Shown here piece after piece: positions 9,404-20,034 of a DNA stretch of 64,000 nucleotides. This stretch comes from an uncultured Acidobacteriota bacterium (GTDB taxonomy: Bacteria; Acidobacteriota; Vicinamibacteria; Fen-336). The notes below the pieces were generated by a model, which worked only from the letters and a program-made list of their open reading frames with translations, was not told the origin of the DNA and did not search any database. Position 1 is the first letter of the stretch; the number at the start of each line of letters is the position of its first letter. Location of the stretch: positions 64,937-128,936 of the forward strand of contig CAWHRC010000022.1 of assembly GCA_963831755.1 (NCBI GenBank), in the 5' to 3' direction. A program made the position numbers and the translations under genes.

Positions 9404-10309
9404 TCACGAGCTCGCCCTCCCGAGCACGTGTCGCAGCGCCGCCTCGAGGTCGGGGAAGAGGAAGCGGTAGCCGCTCCGCAGCAGCCGCTCCGGCCGGACG
9501 CGGGCGCTGGCCAGCACCGCTTCGTCCGCCATCTCGCCGAACGCCAGGCGCAGAGCGAAGGCTGGCGCCGGGAGAAGCGTCGGCCGGCCGAGCACGCGGC
9601 CCAGCGTCTTCGTGAACTCCCGGTTGGTGACGGGCGCCGGTGCGACGGCGTTGACCGGCCCGGCGAGCGCGGCCGTCGCCAGCGCGTGCCGGACGACGCC
9701 CAACAAGTCGTCGACCGCGATCCAGCTCATGTACTGCGTGCCGGAGCCCAGCACGCCGCCGATGCCGGCCTTGAACGGCGGCAGCATGCGGCCGAGGACG
9801 CCGCCCCGGGGCGTGAGCACGACGCCGCTGCGCAGGCGGACGACGCGGATGCCGGCGCGAGCGGCCGGCTCAGCCGCGGTCTCCCACTCGACGACCAGCC
9901 GACCCAGGAAGCCGCCCCCGGGCTCGCTGTCCTCGTCGAGCCAGGTGTCGCCGCGATTCCCGTAGTAGCCGATGGCCGAGGCGGTGACGAGCACCTCCGG
10001 CGGCCGCGAGAGCCCGGCGAGCGTCTCGGCGAGCAGCCGCGTCGGTCCGACCCGGCTGTCGCGCAGCTCTGCCTTGCGTGCGGCCGTCCAGCGGCCTTCC
10101 GCCAGGTTCGCGCCGGCCAGGTGGACGACCGCGTCCACGCCCGCGAGCGCCGCGCGGTCGATCTCGCCCCGCTCCGGGTCCCAGCGTACCTCGTCCTTCG
10201 TCCCGGGCTTCCGCCTGACGAGCCGGACCACCTCGTGGCCGCCGACCGTGAGGAAGGGAACGAGCGCCGTCCCGATGAGCCCGCTGGCCCCCGTGATCGC
10301 CACCTTCAT
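9404..10309 (-). CDS. TIGR01777/YfcH-like epimerase-family SDR
   Basis: Begins MKVAITGASGLIGTAL with a Rossmann motif, and has a DUF1731-like C-terminus (RVRPERLLRSGYRFLFPDLEAAL). The 301-aa length was verified by residue count. Confidence 0.85.
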   Translation of the reverse strand: MKVAITGASGLIGTALVPFLTVGGHEVVRLVRRKPGTKDEVRWDPERGEIDRAALAGVDAVVHLAGANLAEGRWTAARKAELRDSRVGPTRLLAETLAGLSRPPEVLVTASAIGYYGNRGDTWLDEDSEPGGGFLGRLVVEWETAAEPAARAGIRVVRLRSGVVLTPRGGVLGRMLPPFKAGIGGVLGSGTQYMSWIAVDDLLGVVRHALATAALAGPVNAVAPAPVTNREFTKTLGRVLGRPTLLPAPAFALRLAFGEMADEAVLASARVRPERLLRSGYRFLFPDLEAALRHVLGRASS

Positions 10310-10471
10310 TGCCGGCCTCCCTGGGACTCGACGTGCGCACCGGTCGTTCCGGACCGCCGCGCACCGCCCGCAGCCCAAGGGTAGACCCCACGCACGCGCC
10401 CGTCTCGCTCGTGTCAGAATGTCGGGCCCGCTACGGCGGCGGGATCCCCGGAGGGAGGAGACGAGCCCCGC

Positions 10472-12130
<1,659 letters not shown>

Positions 12131-12139
12131 TCGAGAGCC

Positions 12140-13696
12140 TCAAGGGGCGGCAGGCGCGACGGATGGCACCGCGAAGCTGTGGAGGACCGAGCCGACAGCG
12201 CCGGTCGTCGGGTCGGCCAGGACGACGCGCACCTGCCACTTGCCCGGCGGCACCGTGAGTCGCGTCACGAGCGGCGTCGGGCGATCGGAGTCGGGAGTCG
12301 TGACCTCCTCGGTGAGGTCGACTGTCTCGGGCCCGTCGAGACGGTGTCCCGCCAGCAGGAGATCGAGGCGCCGTTCAGCCGACACGCCGCCGACGGCGAT
12401 CGATAGCGCGACGGCGACGCGGCCTTCCGGCATCGGCCCTTCGATGCGGGATGACACGCGCAGGGACAGGCCTGTCGCATCGAAGACCGAGCTGAGGGCG
12501 CGCCGCTCCGCGTCCTTTGTCGTGCCGGTCGCGGCCGCTTGCGTCGTGACGAAGTAGCGGTTCCGCGCGGCCACGGACACGCCGCGGCGGCGCACGCGCA
12601 CGTTCACGCGATGCTCGCCCTCGCGGGAGTCGAGCGGGCGGATCCCGAGGAGGTAGTAGCACGAGGACTCCTCGAGGACGCGGCGCAGCGGGCCGACGAG
12701 ATCGTTGGTGGCGAACGAGCGGCCGCCCGTCTGTTCGGCGATCTCGGCCGATCCCGCGGCCATCGTCTCCATCCAGCGCTCACCGGGCTTGCCCTCGACC
12801 GGCAAGCCCTGGGCCAGGATGAAATGGACGGTGACGCCGGCCCGGCGTGCCGCAGCGATCACGTCGTCGTAGAGGCTTCGCAGCCTCGGCGCCCGGATGA
12901 AGCCCTCGGACACCAGGAAGAGGGACTTGCGTCCGCGGAACCCCGCCAGCGAGTCGATGGCCTCCCGTAGGGCGGCGACGGTCTGGCGGATCCGGCGCTG
13001 GGCGACCGCGTACGTGGACTCCGCGATGAGTGGAGCCGGAGGGCTGGCGGCGTTGATGCCCAACCGGCTGGCCCTGTCGGCGCCCGTTCGCGAACCGTAC
13101 TCGACGGTCTGCATGGCTTCCCAGTCGGCGTGGCTGTGCTCACTGTCCCCGCTGAACGGATCGCGGACGAGACGGCCGGTGAGACGGCGCACGACCTCGG
13201 CGAGCTGGCGGTGCTCCCACGGCGTCCGCGCCGTCCAGTGGACGCGTCCTTCCGGTGCGACCACGGACACCCAATCGCCGTCCTTCACCTCGCCCTCGAG
13301 GAAGGGCAGCAGGCGGCGCCTGACCCACTCCGCCGTCGACGCGTGGATGTGCACGTCGTCGAAGAAGACGAGGAAGCAGCGGCCGGCCTCGGGCTCGAGC
13401 GTCGCCGGAGCGCTGACGCTCGCCGGCTCGCCCGGCGCGGTCGTCGCGCCCGGACGAACGAGGACCGGTTCGAAGCTCAGGATCTCGTGCGGGTGGCCCT
13501 TCTCCGTGATCTCGAACTCGGCGCGTGTCAGGTCCGTGACCGGACGGCCGTCCCGATCGACCACCGTCACGTCGATCCGCACCAGCTCGACACCCGACGG
13601 GAACGTCGGCACCGCGGGTTGCCTGCCGGCCGCGTCGGCGCGGACGGCAACGGCAAGCAGCAGCGCGCCGAGTCCCAGGCGCACGACGATTCTCAT
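12140..13696 (-). CDS. VWA domain protein, TIGR03436 (Acidobacterial VWFA-related) type
   Basis: Signal peptide, then FPSGVELVRIDVTVVDRDGRPVTDLTRAEFEI and a VWA-like core (CFLVFFDDVH...). Its ATG overlaps the upstream paralog's stop (ATGA at 13693-13696). Confidence 0.8.
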   Translation of the reverse strand: MRIVVRLGLGALLLAVAVRADAAGRQPAVPTFPSGVELVRIDVTVVDRDGRPVTDLTRAEFEITEKGHPHEILSFEPVLVRPGATTAPGEPASVSAPATLEPEAGRCFLVFFDDVHIHASTAEWVRRRLLPFLEGEVKDGDWVSVVAPEGRVHWTARTPWEHRQLAEVVRRLTGRLVRDPFSGDSEHSHADWEAMQTVEYGSRTGADRASRLGINAASPPAPLIAESTYAVAQRRIRQTVAALREAIDSLAGFRGRKSLFLVSEGFIRAPRLRSLYDDVIAAARRAGVTVHFILAQGLPVEGKPGERWMETMAAGSAEIAEQTGGRSFATNDLVGPLRRVLEESSCYYLLGIRPLDSREGEHRVNVRVRRRGVSVAARNRYFVTTQAAATGTTKDAERRALSSVFDATGLSLRVSSRIEGPMPEGRVAVALSIAVGGVSAERRLDLLLAGHRLDGPETVDLTEEVTTPDSDRPTPLVTRLTVPPGKWQVRVVLADPTTGAVGSVLHSFAVPSVAPAAP

Positions 13697-16600
13697 TCCG
13701 GTGCCGGCGGCGGCAGCGCCGCCTTCTCGTCCGTGCGGACCGTGAACTGGCGGAAGTTCGAGTAGCGCGCCGTGGCGTGGGTCGGCGCGTGGAAGATCGG
13801 GCGGGGCGCGTAGGGCAGGTCGCGGTAGTCCTCCTTCATCTCGTAGGGGACCCAGATGCCGAGCCGCGGCTGCGGCCGGTACTCGGTCTCGATCGAGCCT
13901 TCCGCGAGGCGCGGCTCGAAGCGGAACACGACCTCGCTCTTCAGGACGCCGCCGCGCGACGGGTCGATCCAGAAGCGGCCCTTGGCCGGCAGGTCGCCGC
14001 CCGTCGCGTCGGTCACGAGGGTGGGGCGAGAGATCTCCTCGAACCGGACCTCGAGTGCCTCGAATCCCGCGATCCGCCGGCGGGCGCCGGCCTGGAACGA
14101 GAAGCGGAACTGGTTGCGCGGGTAGAGGAAGACGAGCGGCAGGGTCGGCAGATTCAGCGTGCGCGCAGCGCCTCCGATGTTGTAGCGGGCGCTTTCCTCG
14201 AGGATCCTCCGTGCCTGTTCGAGCGCCGACGCAGAAGCGTGGACGAAGAGCCGTTCGAGGCGGCTGTCCCGGTCGCGCACCTTCGCGCCGTTGACCTCGA
14301 AGACATCGCGGAACAGGCCCCAGGGGATGTCGCCGGCAAGCCTCACGAACACGAGGTCCGCGCGCGTCTTCCTTTCTTGGTAGGTGTCGCCGACCAGGGT
14401 GCGGCCGGTCGAGTAGTCGATGCGGTTCACCTGTTTTCCAGGAACCACAGCCGTCTGCGAATAGGCCTCCTCCGCGACGAGGTTACGGAACTTGTCTTCG
14501 TAGTCGACGACGTAGCGCCCCGCGCGCTCGAGGACTGCGACGAGGGCCGGGTCGGGCGCCTTCGCGGCCTGGGCGGGGCGCGCCTCGGCCTTGTGGCCGG
14601 GAACGACGAGGAGCCTCGAGCGTTCCGATGCCGTCACGCCGCCCTGCTTCGCCGTGACGGTGAGCTCGTAGTCGCCGGGCCGAAGGCCTGCGGCCGGGAT
14701 CGCGCCGATCCAGGGGATGCGGCCTGTGGCGTCGGCCTGGGGAAGCTCGGGAGTGGCTTCCGCCACGACCTTCCCTTCCCGACGCAGCTCCACCCTCAGC
14801 TCGACGCTCCCCGCTTCCCTGGCGGGGTAGACGGGCACGAAGATCGGCAGTTCGCCGCTCGAGCCAGCCGTGAAGGCCCCGAGCCGGGGGACGAGCGACA
14901 CGTCGCCGATTCTCAGCGGATCGCCGGCCGGCGTCACCGCCGAGCGGCTCGCCCGCTCGAGCAGGGCGACGCTGCCGAGCGAAAGGCCGGTGCCCGTCGG
15001 CTGCACCTCGAACGGCGTGCGCGTCACGCTCGTACCGCCGCTCTGCCGGTCCTGCACGGCAACGGACAGCACGTAGCGCCCGGGCGCGAGCGGCAGCGTG
15101 CGGCGGAACAACGCGCTGCGGGCGCGGGCGGCATCCCTCTCGCCGAGCGGACCCTCGATCTCCCAATCGTGCGTGAGCCGGGCGACCACGCGGCCAGCTT
15201 CGTCCTTGACGTAGCCGAGCAGCGCGAGGTGGCCGCGGTAGGCGCCGTTCGCCGGGTCCGAATCGATCCGCACTTCGGAGAGAGGCACCTCGGCGAGTAC
15301 GACGCACTCGCGCTCGCTGCCCTTCGAGGCGAAGTGGAGGACCGCGGCCTGCATGGGGAAGTCACGCGCCGGCGTGTCGGCGCCGAGCGCGTCCATGAGC
15401 GGCAGCTCGTAGGCAGCGAGTGTCGGAGCCCGGGACGGCGTCGCGAAGTAGCCGGCGCGCGTGCGCAGGCGGACGCCGTGACGCGACACCTTGACGGCGA
15501 TGCGGCGGAAGGTGCCGTCGAGAGCCGGGTTCGCGGGCGCGTAGACGACCTCGTAGTACTGGCGCAGCTCCTCGGCGACGGCGGCCAGGCCTGCGCCGAG
15601 ATCGTTCGTGTCGGCGATCGCGAGGCCGCCGGTGTCGTCCGCGAGCCGCTGCATCGTCGGGCCCGCGAGCTGCTCCTCTTTCTTCTCCGATTTCGCGCGT
15701 CTGCATGCCACCGGTAGCGAGACCGCCGTTCGCCTCGATCGGCGGTGTGTTGGCTCCCGCACCTGGGCTTCTGGCGTCCACTGTGAAGGCGTCGAGGACC
15801 GAGTCCATCTTCGTGAGCGCCATGGGCTCGTGCGAGGTCAGACCTCGCGCGTCCACCGTGTGCACCGCGACGTTGGCACGATTGGCCGCGCTCACGGCGT
15901 CGTCGTAGACCTGTTGCACGCCGGCCGGAAGGTGCCAGCCCTCCGCGAAGTAGACGATGGACTTGCGCCCTTCGACGGCCGAGAGCGCTCGCGCGATCCC
16001 GATCACGGCGTAGAGCGAGTCGTAGCCGACGTTGCGACGAGCCAGGAGTTGCTCCTCGCCGCCCAACCCCTCCGCCACCGGCCGCAAGTCCGGGATCGGC
16101 GGGCTCGCGGGGTTCACCGGCCGGTCGGCGGGCTGCTCCGCCTGGACGGCGACCGGCGGGAGCGGCGGCTCCCCTGCGGCGCGGAGGTCCACGTTTCCCC
16201 CTGTTGCGGCTTCGATTGCCGAATGGAGGCGCGCGGCGTCGGTCGTGAAGGGCGCGAGCAGGCGCGTGCCGTAGCCGACCTTGAAGACAGCGAACCAGGT
16301 GTCGGGCGGAAACGCGCGCTTCATGAGGTCGAGGGCGCCCTTTCGCGCGAGCGGTGCGTAGAGTGTCGTGAGCCGGTCGAACACGAGCACCACGAGGCTC
16401 GGCCGCGCCGGTGTCGCGGAGGCTGGCGTGGGCGCGCCTGGTGGCGTCGGCACGGCCGAGGTGGCCGGCGGCAAAGGCGGCGCCACCGGCAGGGCCGACG
16501 GGGCCGTTCGCACGAGACGGAAGGACAGGATCTCGCAGGCTTGGCCGTCCTCGGAGACCTGCAGATCCTCCTTCCGCAGTTCGGTGAACGGCCGTCCCTT

Positions 16601-16738
16601 CGAGTCCGTCGCCACGACGTCCAGCACGACGACCTCGGCGCCGGACGGGAAGCTGGAGGGCGGCTCCTGACTCGGTGCTTCGAGAACCCCGAGTGTCAGT
16701 GTGACGGCCAACGTAGAGGTCGCGACCCGGGCTCGCAC
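13693..16738 (-). pseudogene. Large VWA (TIGR03436-type) paralog, split by one frameshift near 15700-15712
   Basis: Track ORF 15362..16738 carries the N-terminus (FPSGAEVVVLDVVATDSKGRPF...). Track ORF 13693..15762 carries the continuation (KSEKKEEQLAGPTMQRLADDTGG...). The frames differ by 1 nt and sense is preserved on both sides. Confidence 0.7.
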
Positions 16739-16884
16739 GGCTGCCTCCCATGGGAGTACTCATCGAGCCGACAGACATCGGCGAGCATACCAGAGGCACA
16801 GGCATGCCTCGGCGCTCAGGATGAAATTCCGCGCCGCCGGGCCCCGCGGCGTGCGATCATTCCCGAGATCGCGGGAGGTGCCTC

Positions 16885-17373
16885 GTGCCGCGACGGATTC
16901 TGCTCGGCCTTGCGCTGGTCGCTCTCCCTTCGACGCCAGGGGTCGCTCTGACGGATGCGGCCGACCGGGCCAGCGAAACGGCCGTGTTCGAGGCCGTCTT
17001 CCGCCAACAGATCCAGGAGCACCTCGATGCCACGGCGCGAGCCGCCCGCACCGTCGTCTGCCTGGCGCTCGACCCGGGCGGCGCCCCGCAGAGCCCGGGC
17101 CGTGAGCTGCTCGCGCGCCTGGCGCAGCAGGACGTCGTTCGCCCTGCCGCAGCGTGCGACCCGCGGCCGAGGGGAGCCGTGGATGCGATGACACGGCGAC
17201 CGGCGGTGATCGTGACGGCCGGCCCCATCGAGTGGATCGCGGCCGACGAGGCGTGGGTGACGGTGAAGTACTTCCGCTCGGCTCGACACTCGGCCATCCG
17301 CCGCTACCGCGTCGTGCGCGAGCGGACCGGCTGGGTGTCGCTCGGCCCGATCCTGCTCGACGCCCCCCTGTAG
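16885..17373 (+). CDS. Hypothetical secreted protein
   Basis: 162-aa ORF with an N-terminal signal-like peptide (MPRRILLGLALVALPSTPG). No family recognised. Confidence 0.45.
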   Translation: MPRRILLGLALVALPSTPGVALTDAADRASETAVFEAVFRQQIQEHLDATARAARTVVCLALDPGGAPQSPGRELLARLAQQDVVRPAAACDPRPRGAVDAMTRRPAVIVTAGPIEWIAADEAWVTVKYFRSARHSAIRRYRVVRERTGWVSLGPILLDAPL

Positions 17374-17451
17374 GCGCTGCCCGGGGCGCTGCCCCGGGGC
17401 GCGGCGCCGCCATCCGTTCGAGGGCTGCGCCGCGGACGCCGCACGACCTGC

Positions 17452-18477
17452 CTACTGACGCGCCGTCGCCGCGTGCACGTGGTCGACCACGGCCTTCACC
17501 GACTCGGGCGGCGTGCCCGGCAGGATGCCGTGGCCGAGGTTGAAGACGTGGCCGGGCCTGCCGCCGGCGCGCCGCAGCACGTCGTCCACTCGCGCGAGCA
17601 GCCGCTCGCGCGGGGCGAAGAGCAGCGTCGGGTCGAGGTTGCCCTGCACGGCGACGCCTTCGCCGACGAGCCGCCAGCCGGAGTCGAGCGGCGTGCGCCA
17701 GTCGAGGCCGATCACGCTGCCGCCCGCCTCGCGCTGTGCTGCGAGCAGGTGCCCCGTGCCGGTGCCGAAGTGGATCTGCGGGACGTCGACGCCGGAGAGC
17801 GCGTCGAAGATGCGACGGACGTGGGGGAGCACGAACTCCCGGTAGTCCGCCTCGTCGAGCGCGCCGACCCACGAGTCGAAGACCTGCACGGCCTGCGCGC
17901 CGGCCTCGACCTGGGCGCGCAGGTAGTCGCCGACCACCTCGGCGAGCAGCGCCGCCAGCCGGTGCCAGGTGGCCGGCTCGCCGTACATGAGGGCCTTGGT
18001 GCGCGCGAAGCTGCTGGAGTGGCCGCCCTCGATCGCGTAGGAGGCGAGCGTGAAGGGCGCGCCCGCGAAGCCGATCAGGGGCACGCGCAGCTCGCGGCGG
18101 AGCAGGCGGACCGCCTCGAGCACCATCGCCAGCTCCTGGCGCGGCTCGAAGCGGCGCAGCGCATCGACGTCCGCGGCCGAGCGCAGCGGTTTCTCGATCA
18201 CCGGGCCCTCGCCCGCCTGAAAGTCGAAGGGGAGGCCCAGCGGAGCGAGCGGGATCAGCAGGTCGGAGAACAGGATCGCGGCGTCGAAGCCGAAGGCGCG
18301 CAGCGGCTGCAGCGTGACCTCGACGGCCAGCTCGGGCGTGCGGCACAGCTCGAGCAGCGAGTGCTTCGCACGCAGGGCCTGGTACTCGGCCATGTAGCGG
18401 CCCGCCTGGCGCATCATCCAGACCGGCGTGCGGTCGACGGGCTCTCGCCGGCAGGCGCGCAGGAAGCGGTCGTGCAT
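17452..18477 (-). CDS. hemE: Uroporphyrinogen decarboxylase
   Basis: N-terminus RTPVWMMRQAGRYMAEY and full-length HemE-like sequence (341 aa). Confidence 0.95.
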   Translation of the reverse strand: MHDRFLRACRREPVDRTPVWMMRQAGRYMAEYQALRAKHSLLELCRTPELAVEVTLQPLRAFGFDAAILFSDLLIPLAPLGLPFDFQAGEGPVIEKPLRSAADVDALRRFEPRQELAMVLEAVRLLRRELRVPLIGFAGAPFTLASYAIEGGHSSSFARTKALMYGEPATWHRLAALLAEVVGDYLRAQVEAGAQAVQVFDSWVGALDEADYREFVLPHVRRIFDALSGVDVPQIHFGTGTGHLLAAQREAGGSVIGLDWRTPLDSGWRLVGEGVAVQGNLDPTLLFAPRERLLARVDDVLRRAGGRPGHVFNLGHGILPGTPPESVKAVVDHVHAATARQ

Positions 18478-18501
18478 CGCGCGATGATAGCCGCTGGCGG
18501 G

Positions 18502-19488
18502 CTAGAGCCGCTTGCGTGCGGCCTCGACGGCCTTCTGGAACGCGAGCAGGCCGTCGGCGCTGTCGGCCGTGAAGTTGTAGGTCTTCCCGCCGCGCTGCCT
18601 CACGCGCAGGTTCTTCTTCAAGTAGTCCACCTGCAACGGCTCCAGCGCGCCGAACGGCGCGCTGAATGCGTCGCGCTCGTCGCTCGTGTCGTAGCGCAGG
18701 CCCCCGATCGTGGCGAGCAGCGTGCCGCGGCAGGAGCCCATCCCGTGCTTGTGCACGACCGCCAGCTTCTCGTCGAGCCGCACCTCCTTGAAGCGCACCA
18801 GCACCTCGTGCGGGCCCGCTCCGAGCTCGAGCGTCTCCGCGTACATCTCGTAACCGTCCGCCGAGACGTTGAGGCGGTGGCTGCCCGGGCTGAGGTCTCG
18901 AGCCTCGAGCGGGGTCGTCCCCAGGAACTTGCGGTCGAGGAACACGTTCGCCCCCGGCACGTCGGCGACGACGCGCAGGCGGACCGACTCGGGCTCGAGA
19001 CGCGCCGTCAGGCGCGCGGTGTGTCCCGGGATCACCTGGACCTCGCGTTCCCACGGCTCGCGGCCCTCCTGGGTCACGCGCACGCGGTGTGGCCCCGGCG
19101 CGAGCTCGCGTCTTTGCGGCGCCAGCCCGAGCTGCTCGCCGTCGACGGCCACCAGGGCGCCGGGCTCGCCGGCGTCGATCTGGAGCGTGCCCGTGGCGGC
19201 CGCGGGCGCCGCCGTCGCCGGCGTGGCCCTCGCGGACGCACGGCGGGTCGTGGGCGCCGCCGCCGATGTCGGCTTGGCAGCGGGACGGCGGAGGAGCAGC
19301 CACGCCGCGGCTGCGATCGCGGCGGCCACGAGCAGGGCCGAGACGACCAGCAGCGGGCCGCGCCCGTGCCGCGGTCCCGGCTCGCCGAGCACGCTCAAGG
19401 TCGCATCCTCCCCGTAGCGGCGTCCGTCTGCGCGGCGCGCCGTGACGCGCAGTCTGCCAGAACGACCGGCGCGCTCATAATCGGCCAT
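18502..19488 (-). CDS. PEGA-domain membrane protein
   Basis: A TM segment (LLVVSALLVAAAIAAAAWLLL) followed by two PEGA-like beta units (GALVAVDGEQLG...GPHRVRV; ANVFLDRKFLGTTPL...PGSHRLNV). Start chosen at the ATG at 19488 (track residue 80). Confidence 0.7.
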   Translation of the reverse strand: MADYERAGRSGRLRVTARRADGRRYGEDATLSVLGEPGPRHGRGPLLVVSALLVAAAIAAAAWLLLRRPAAKPTSAAAPTTRRASARATPATAAPAAATGTLQIDAGEPGALVAVDGEQLGLAPQRRELAPGPHRVRVTQEGREPWEREVQVIPGHTARLTARLEPESVRLRVVADVPGANVFLDRKFLGTTPLEARDLSPGSHRLNVSADGYEMYAETLELGAGPHEVLVRFKEVRLDEKLAVVHKHGMGSCRGTLLATIGGLRYDTSDERDAFSAPFGALEPLQVDYLKKNLRVRQRGGKTYNFTADSADGLLAFQKAVEAARKRL

Positions 19489-20014
19489 GGCTTCCGTGGC
19501 ACGGGCGCGGCTCGTGAAGGCCGTCCGCACGCTGGCGATCGTCGGCCTCGCGGCCGCGGCGAGCTGCAGCCGCCGCCCGGCCGACCCGGTCGCGGCGCTG
19601 CTCGCGGAGCTCGAGGCGGCGGCCGAGGCACGCGACGCGGACGCGTTCGCCGCTCGCCTGTCGGCCGACTTCACGGGCGAGCGAGGCACGGACCGGGCCG
19701 ACACGATCGGGGACCTGCAGCGCACCTTCGCCGCCTACGAGACGGTGGCGATCGAGGTGTACGGCGTCGAGACCGAGCGCCGCGGGGCGGAGGCGAACGT
19801 CCGTTGCGTCGTCGAGTTCTCCGGGCGCGCGCGACGGGTGCTCGGCCTGGAGGGCCTGCTGCCGCCCTCGGCCGTGTACCGATTCGAGCTCGACGTCGCG
19901 GACGAAGCCGGGACCTGGCGCGTGCGCCGCGCGCAGTGGCAACCGGCCGGTGTCGGCGGACGCGGGGAGGCGAAGGACCCATTTCAGTTGACATATGCAG
20001 TAGTTTTTGAGTAG
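19487..20014 (+). CDS. Lipoprotein, NTF2/SnoaL-like fold (hypothetical)
   Basis: Lipobox-like LAAAASC after a signal peptide. It sits divergent to the PEGA gene, sharing CATG at 19486-19489. Confidence 0.55.
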   Translation: MASVARARLVKAVRTLAIVGLAAAASCSRRPADPVAALLAELEAAAEARDADAFAARLSADFTGERGTDRADTIGDLQRTFAAYETVAIEVYGVETERRGAEANVRCVVEFSGRARRVLGLEGLLPPSAVYRFELDVADEAGTWRVRRAQWQPAGVGGRGEAKDPFQLTYAVVFE

Positions 20015-20017
20015 GTT
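19988..20017 (+). promoter_or_regulatory. Possible sigma-70-type promoter for the TonB-dependent receptor
   Basis: TTGACA at 19988-19993, an 18-nt spacer, then TAGGTT at 20012-20017. It lies in an unusually AT-rich stretch at the 3' end of the upstream ORF. Confidence 0.3.
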
Positions 20018-20034
20018 TAGCTCCGAACCTGGGA

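Noticed and set aside
16790-16815. GAGGCACAGGCATGCCTCGG upstream of the 16885 ORF looked sigma-54-like (GGCAC...TGC).
   Set aside because: GG-to-GC spacing is 9 nt rather than 10, and the -12 element is TGCC rather than TTGC. It is better described as a short palindrome (AGGCATGCCT) of unknown significance.
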